The notes beneath the pieces are model-generated. The model saw nothing but the letters and a program-made list of their open reading frames with translations, had not been told where the DNA came from and did no database searches. A stretch of 64,000 bases of DNA from Sandaracinaceae bacterium (GTDB lineage Bacteria > Myxococcota_A > Polyangia > Polyangiales > Sandaracinaceae). Made by a program: the position numbers and the translations under genes. Every line of letters starts with the position of its first letter. Position 1 is the first letter of the stretch. The stretch is taken from assembly GCA_044220955.1 (NCBI GenBank), contig JBGAQA010000003.1, forward strand, positions 25,294 to 89,293, in the 5' to 3' direction. This document shows, piece after piece, positions 59,148-64,000 of the stretch.

Positions 59148-60676
59148 GCCCGCGCATCGCCTACGGCCGCGTCGCGCAGGAGACGAACGCGCTCTCACCC
59201 GTGCGCACCACGCTCGCCGACTTCCGCGCGATGCACTACGTGGAGGGCGACGCGCTCGCGCGCTCCCTCGGCAGGCGTGGCGAAGAGGCGCCGGGGTTCC
59301 TGAAGAAGGCGGAGATCCGCGGCTTCGTCGATCGTGCCCGCAAGCTCGGCGTCCGCGAGCTCGTCCCGACGCTCAGTGCGTGGGCCGTGCCCTCGGGTCC
59401 CCTCGATCGACCCTGCTTCGAGGCGCTGCGCGACGAGCTCTGCCGCCGGCTGCGCGGCGCCGGCAAGCTCGACGGGCTCTTCCTCTCGCTGCACGGGTCG
59501 ATGGGCGTCGTCGGCTCGGACGACCCCGAGAGTGACCTGCTCGAGGCCGTGCGTGGCGTCGTCGGAGCCATCCCGATCGTCTGCACGCTCGACCTGCACG
59601 CCAACCTCTCGCCGCGCCGCGTGTCGCTCACGAGCTCGCTCGTCGGCTACCACACGAACCCTCACCGCGATCACGTCTCGTGCGGGGCGCGCGCGGCGAA
59701 CGTGCTCGTGCGCGCGGCGCGAGGCGAGGTGCGTCCGACGGCGGCGTGGCGCTCGCTGCCGATGGTTCTCGGCGGCGGAACGACGCTCGACATCCTGCCG
59801 CCGATGCGCGCGATCTACCGTCGCTGTGCGTCGCTGCCCGAGAAGGACCGCCGCGTGCTCGACGCGAGCGTGTTCATGGTGCACCCGTGGCTCGACACGC
59901 CCGAGGTGGGCTGGAGCGTCCACGTCACCACCGACGGCGAGCCCTCGCTCGCCTCGGACCTCGCCGACGAGCTCGCCGAGGCCTGCTGGGCGGCGCGGCA
60001 CCAGCAGCCCCCGACGTTCCCGGACGCGCACACGGCCGTGAAGGACGCGGTCGCGGCCAGGTGGGCACGACGCACGGGCAACGTCGTGATGAGCGACGCC
60101 TCCGACGTCGTCAGCGCCGGCAGCAGCGGCGACTCCACGCGCCTGCTCGCGACGCTGCTCACCGAGGGAGAGGGGCTCACGAGCTACGTCACGGTGCAGG
60201 ATCCCGAGAGCGCGCGCGCCCTCTTCTCGCAGCCCGTCGGCGCCCGCGTCGACCGTGCCGTCGGCGGCAGCCGTGATCCCGGCCGGCACACGCCGCTGCT
60301 CGTCCGCGGCACGATCGGAAGCAAGCGCGAGGACCCTGGCTTCGCCAGGCGCGTCCGCCTCGATCTCGACCCCTCGCCGCGCGGCGCGCGCGTCCACGTC
60401 GTGCTCGTCGAGGGCCCCGCGCTCGTCATGAAGCCCGGCTTCTATCGCGAGATGGGCCTGCGCCTGCGAGACGCGGACGTCGTCGTGGTCAAGAGCTTCT
60501 TCCCGTTCCGGATCTTCTTCCTGCCCTACGCGCGCAAGACGATCTACGTGCGGACGGGCGGCGTCACCGACTTCGACGCAGCGTTCACCCTGCCGCGTCT
60601 CCGAGGTCCGGTGCACCCGCGCGATCGCGTGGACGACTGGCGCGAGGTCGACGCTCGCCGCCGCGCGCCTACCTAG
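59144..60676 (+). CDS. MlrC-like M81 metallopeptidase
   Basis: [32 protein letters not shown]. Confidence 0.88.
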   Translation: MSPRIAYGRVAQETNALSPVRTTLADFRAMHYVEGDALARSLGRRGEEAPGFLKKAEIRGFVDRARKLGVRELVPTLSAWAVPSGPLDRPCFEALRDELCRRLRGAGKLDGLFLSLHGSMGVVGSDDPESDLLEAVRGVVGAIPIVCTLDLHANLSPRRVSLTSSLVGYHTNPHRDHVSCGARAANVLVRAARGEVRPTAAWRSLPMVLGGGTTLDILPPMRAIYRRCASLPEKDRRVLDASVFMVHPWLDTPEVGWSVHVTTDGEPSLASDLADELAEACWAARHQQPPTFPDAHTAVKDAVAARWARRTGNVVMSDASDVVSAGSSGDSTRLLATLLTEGEGLTSYVTVQDPESARALFSQPVGARVDRAVGGSRDPGRHTPLLVRGTIGSKREDPGFARRVRLDLDPSPRGARVHVVLVEGPALVMKPGFYREMGLRLRDADVVVVKSFFPFRIFFLPYARKTIYVRTGGVTDFDAAFTLPRLRGPVHPRDRVDDWREVDARRRAPT

Positions 60677-61649
60677 GCACGTGCTCGTCGAGGAAGCGGT
60701 AGGTGTCGCTCCAGCACTTGCGGGCCTGCGGGCGGAACACGAACGCGTGGAAGGCGTGCACCTCGCCCGGGTAGTACTTCTCGTCGACGGGGACGCCCAT
60801 CGCGCGGAGCGCGCTCGCCATGCGGCGCGAGTCGTCGAGCAATGGGTCGGCGGTGCCGCAGGGCAGGAAGAAGGGCGGGATGGGCCGCGCCGGCTTCTCC
60901 TGACGCTCGAACACGAGCAAGGGATCGGCGAAGTCGAGCTCGGGCCGCGAGCCGGGTACGACGTCCCGTGAGCCGAGGTAGGCGACCATGACCTCTTCGA
61001 TCCGGTCCGAGATGAAGCGGGGCATGTCGGGGCGCCGCCGGGCGAAGCGCTGCGCGTCGGAGACCTGCAGGATCGCGCACGCGGGCATCACGGCCTTGGG
61101 TACGATCCCCGTCTCGAACACGCGCCTGGCGTAGGGCTCCTGGCGCTCGAAGCACGCGGCCACGGTGACGGCCGTCGTGAGGTTCCCGCCCGCCGACTCG
61201 CCCGCGACGACGAGCCGCGAGGGATCGCCGCCATACGCGGCGGCGTGCTCGGTGACCCAACGATAGGCCTCGCACACGTCGGCGATCGCGCCCGGGAAGC
61301 GATGGCCCGGGGCGAGCCGATAGTTGATCGAGAAGACGACGAAGCGCGCGCGTGCGAGCGCGAGCCCCATGATCCAGTGCGTGTCCTTCGAGAGGATGTG
61401 GAAGCCGCCCCCGTGGATGTAGAGGAGCGCCGGGAGCTTCGTTCCCGCGTGCGTCCCGACCGGCCGATACACGTCGAGGTGGTGGTCCTTCTTGCCGCTC
61501 GGCAGGTAGGCCACGTCTCGCACGACCTCGACACCGTGGTGTGAGGGGCGCGCGCGGGGGTGCAGCTGCCCGAGGCCGCTCATCCCGCGGAAGAAGCCCT
61601 CGACGACCTTCCCCCCCGCGCGACGGCTCACACGCTCGACGATGCCCAT
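60669..61649 (-). CDS. HSL-family alpha/beta hydrolase (esterase/lipase)
   Basis: IHGGGF, YRLAP, GESAGG, DPLLDD, HAF. Confidence 0.92.
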   Translation of the reverse strand: MGIVERVSRRAGGKVVEGFFRGMSGLGQLHPRARPSHHGVEVVRDVAYLPSGKKDHHLDVYRPVGTHAGTKLPALLYIHGGGFHILSKDTHWIMGLALARARFVVFSINYRLAPGHRFPGAIADVCEAYRWVTEHAAAYGGDPSRLVVAGESAGGNLTTAVTVAACFERQEPYARRVFETGIVPKAVMPACAILQVSDAQRFARRRPDMPRFISDRIEEVMVAYLGSRDVVPGSRPELDFADPLLVFERQEKPARPIPPFFLPCGTADPLLDDSRRMASALRAMGVPVDEKYYPGEVHAFHAFVFRPQARKCWSDTYRFLDEHVPR

Positions 61650-61696
61650 GCGGAGTCCGCAATGTACCGCGAGAGACGCGCTGGTACACTGGCGGC

Positions 61697-62002
61697 GTGG
61701 CACGCGCGGCGCTCGCGCTGGTGATACTCGCCGGCTGCGGGATCGGCTCCGGCTACCACGATGGCGCCTACTATGGGCCCTGCTACGACGACACGTACTG
61801 CTCCGCGGACCTCGCGTGCGAGTTCCCGATGTGCTCGCACCGGTGTACCGCGACGCGCGGCTGCAGCGACCGATTCGGCGCGACGTCGTACTGCTCGGTC
61901 GACGGATGGTGCCGATCGTCGTGCGCGGTCCTCGCAGACTGTCCGGCCAACACCTACGCGTGCATGGAGGGAACGTGCATCGCGCGTGGGCTGGGGCTCT
62001 GA
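61697..62002 (+). CDS. Small Cys-rich lipoprotein
   Basis: Lipobox ILAGC followed by many regularly spaced cysteines. Confidence 0.65.
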   Translation: MARAALALVILAGCGIGSGYHDGAYYGPCYDDTYCSADLACEFPMCSHRCTATRGCSDRFGATSYCSVDGWCRSSCAVLADCPANTYACMEGTCIARGLGL

Positions 62003-62643
62003 TCGCGATCGGGATCTCGCTCACCGCGCTCGGCTGCGGGCAGGGGAGCTGCGCCGATCACGACTGCGCACAGGTGGCCTATCGCTGGCCCTGCAACACG
62101 TGCGGGCGTCCCATCGTCATCGCGCAGGGCGCGACGGCTCGCTTCTCCGTCGGCTGGTCCCGCGCGAACTACGGAGGAGCGTTCTGCCCGGCGGCGCCGT
62201 CCATCGCGTCTCGTGACGAGCGAGTCCTGCACGGCGACTTCGGCGCCTCGTGCGGTGCATTGCTCGTCGTCACCGGCGTCGGTCCAGGCGCCGGGCATCT
62301 CGATCTCTTCGATGGCGCGAGCGACCTAGGCTGGTGGGAGATGGACGTCGCGCCGATCGATCACCTCGCGATCGTGCCCACGAGTGCGACGGGCACCGAG
62401 CGGCAAGACCCGCTGCAGCGCGAAGTCCACGTCGGAGGCGCGCTCGCGCTAGACGTCATGGCGTACGACGCGGCGGGACACCCGCTCTTCGCGGACGACG
62501 TGCCGAGCTGGCAGAGCGACGACACCTCCGTTCTCTCGGCCGACGCCGATGGGACGTTCCGAGCTGTCGCGGCCGGCGCCACCGACGTGCATGTGGCTCT
62601 GCTCGGCGGCACTGCGACGCAGCACGTCGTGGTCCTGCCCTGA
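61975..62643 (+). CDS. Lipoprotein with C-terminal bacterial Ig-like (Big_2-like) domain
   Basis: GGAGG then GTG 61975; lipobox TALGC; WQSDDTSVLSADADGTFRAVAAGAT. Confidence 0.65.
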   Translation: MHRAWAGALIAIGISLTALGCGQGSCADHDCAQVAYRWPCNTCGRPIVIAQGATARFSVGWSRANYGGAFCPAAPSIASRDERVLHGDFGASCGALLVVTGVGPGAGHLDLFDGASDLGWWEMDVAPIDHLAIVPTSATGTERQDPLQREVHVGGALALDVMAYDAAGHPLFADDVPSWQSDDTSVLSADADGTFRAVAAGATDVHVALLGGTATQHVVVLP

Positions 62644-62683
62644 TCGGCGACAAGCTCCGAGGGTGCGTGGTACTCCGTCGGGC

Positions 62684-63790
62684 ATGACGCGCGTCCACAA
62701 TTTCAACGCCGGTCCCGCCGCCCTCCCTCTCGCCGCGCTCGAGCGCGTACAGAGCCAGCTCCTCGACTTCGAGGGGACGGGGATGTCCATCCTCGAGCAC
62801 AGCCACCGCGAGCCGCCCTACGAGAAGGTGCACCGCGAGGCGATGCGCCTCCTGCGCGAGCTGCTCTCGGTCCCCGACACGCACGACATCCTCTTCATGC
62901 AGGGCGGCGCGCGCGCGCAGTTCGCGTTCGTGCCGATGAACCTGCTGCACGCCGGCAAGAGCGCCGACTACGTCGTGACGGGCACCTGGGCGAAGGGCGC
63001 GTTCGAGGAGGCCGGCGTCGTCGCGAAGATGCAGGGCGCGTCGGTTCGGCAGGTCGTCAGCACCGAGAAGGACGGCCGCTTCGCGCGCATCCCCACGAAG
63101 GACGAGCTCTCCTTCGATCCGGGCGCCGCCTACGTGCACATCACGAGCAACAACACGCTCTTCGGCACGCAGTGGCAGAGCTACCCGGACACGGGCTCGG
63201 TCCCGCTCTTCGCCGACATGACCAGCGACCTCTGCTCGCGCAAGATCGACGTGAGCAAGTTCGGGCTCGTCTACGCGGGCGCGCAGAAGAACGTCGGCCC
63301 CTCGGGCGTCACGATCGTGATCGCGAGCAAGGAGCTGATCGCGGGCGGACGCAAGGACATCCCGCAGATCTTCCAGTACCGCGTGATGAGCAAGAACGAG
63401 TCGCTCTTCAACACGCCGCCGACGTTCTCGATCCACGTGATGAAGGAGACGCTCGTCGAGCTCGCCAAGAAGGGCGGCATCGAGGGGCTCGAGGCGGAGG
63501 CGACGAAGAAGTCGTCGATGATCTACGAGCGCCTCGACGCGCGGCCGGACTTCTACCGCGGCCCGGTGGAGAAGGCGTCGCGCTCGAAGATGAACGTCGT
63601 GTTCCGTCTGCCGACGGAGGACCTCGAGAAGAAGTTCCTCCAGCAGGCCGAGGCGCGCTCGCTCGTCGGCCTCAAGGGCCACCGATCCGTCGGCGGGATT
63701 CGCGCCTCGCTCTACACGGCCGTCCCGACCCCCTCGGTCGAGGTGCTCGCGTCGTTCATGGACACGTTCGCCGCCGAAAACGGGACGTGA
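62684..63790 (+). CDS. serC: Phosphoserine aminotransferase
   Basis: NFNAGPAALP, SHR, QGGA, YAGAQKNVGP, FNTPP, GHRSVGGIRAS. Confidence 0.98.
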   Translation: MTRVHNFNAGPAALPLAALERVQSQLLDFEGTGMSILEHSHREPPYEKVHREAMRLLRELLSVPDTHDILFMQGGARAQFAFVPMNLLHAGKSADYVVTGTWAKGAFEEAGVVAKMQGASVRQVVSTEKDGRFARIPTKDELSFDPGAAYVHITSNNTLFGTQWQSYPDTGSVPLFADMTSDLCSRKIDVSKFGLVYAGAQKNVGPSGVTIVIASKELIAGGRKDIPQIFQYRVMSKNESLFNTPPTFSIHVMKETLVELAKKGGIEGLEAEATKKSSMIYERLDARPDFYRGPVEKASRSKMNVVFRLPTEDLEKKFLQQAEARSLVGLKGHRSVGGIRASLYTAVPTPSVEVLASFMDTFAAENGT

Positions 63791-63803
63791 TCTCGACGGG
63801 AGT

Positions 63804-63870
63804 GCTCGCCGCGGAGGTCCCGGACGGGAGCGGGCGAAGCCCGCGGACGGGAGGGGCCGGAGGGGCGAGC
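63804..63870. repeat. Nested palindromic (REP-like) element after serC
   Basis: Outer stem GCTCGCC/GGCGAGC, middle stem GGTCCC/GGGGCC, duplicated GGACGGGA on both sides, inner hairpin GCGGGC-GAA-GCCCGC. Confidence 0.6.
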
Positions 63871-63920
63871 CGACGCAATTGGGCACGGCTGATCCCGAGC
63901 GGCTCGGATACCATGCACGC

Positions 63921-64000
63921 GTGACGGGGGAGCCGACGATCTCGGGTGCGCTGTTCACGCAGCACCGCGCGATCTTGATCGAGCTCGTCGGGGAGCCGGT
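63921..64000 (+). CDS. Probable start of a CDS running off the window
   Basis: Open frame from GTG: VTGEPTISGALFTQHRAILIELVGEP, with GC-biased third codon positions. Confidence 0.4.
   Translation, partial: MTGEPTISGALFTQHRAILIELVGEP

Noticed and set aside
59144..60676. Microcystin degradation pathway
   Set aside because: No mlrA, mlrB or mlrD in the window; M81 homologues are widespread.

Overview
Very GC-rich bacterial chromosome segment, most likely a myxobacterium (Polyangia/Sandaracinaceae-like). This is inferred from the MYXO-CTERM-like, PEGA/TPR, AgmX/PglI-type, vWA-lipoprotein and Ser/Thr kinase gene content. The window appears origin-proximal: two parS palindromes lie at about 25.05 kb, and a cluster of DnaA-box-like motifs lies directly upstream of dnaN-recF at about 46.35-46.57 kb, with no dnaA, gyrB or parAB in the window. 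Main blocks: (1) a six-gene MoxR/DUF58/BatA-vWA/vWA operon ending in a PEGA/P-domain lipoprotein, with an ECF-type promoter; (2) an AgmX/PglI (GltG-like) gene with a sigma54 promoter and tandem upstream repeats; (3) aguB, a PHP-like metallohydrolase, and a His-rich COG0523 GTPase plus WD40 pair; (4) tRNA-Ala(GGC); (5) uppS-cdsA and bioF; (6) a nearly complete classical menaquinone operon (polyprenyl synthase, menG, F, D, H, B, A, C, E) converging on metK; (7) a mosaic-looking carotenoid operon crtI-crtB-crtT-crtU placed 16 bp downstream of recF, with no cyclase or crtE; (8) GH31, ABC1 kinase, polyprenol-kinase-like, Ser/Thr kinase, HAD-TerB-sthA-MlrC, esterase and serC genes. No mobile element or CRISPR array was seen. 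All family calls come from motif recognition by eye, not database searches.
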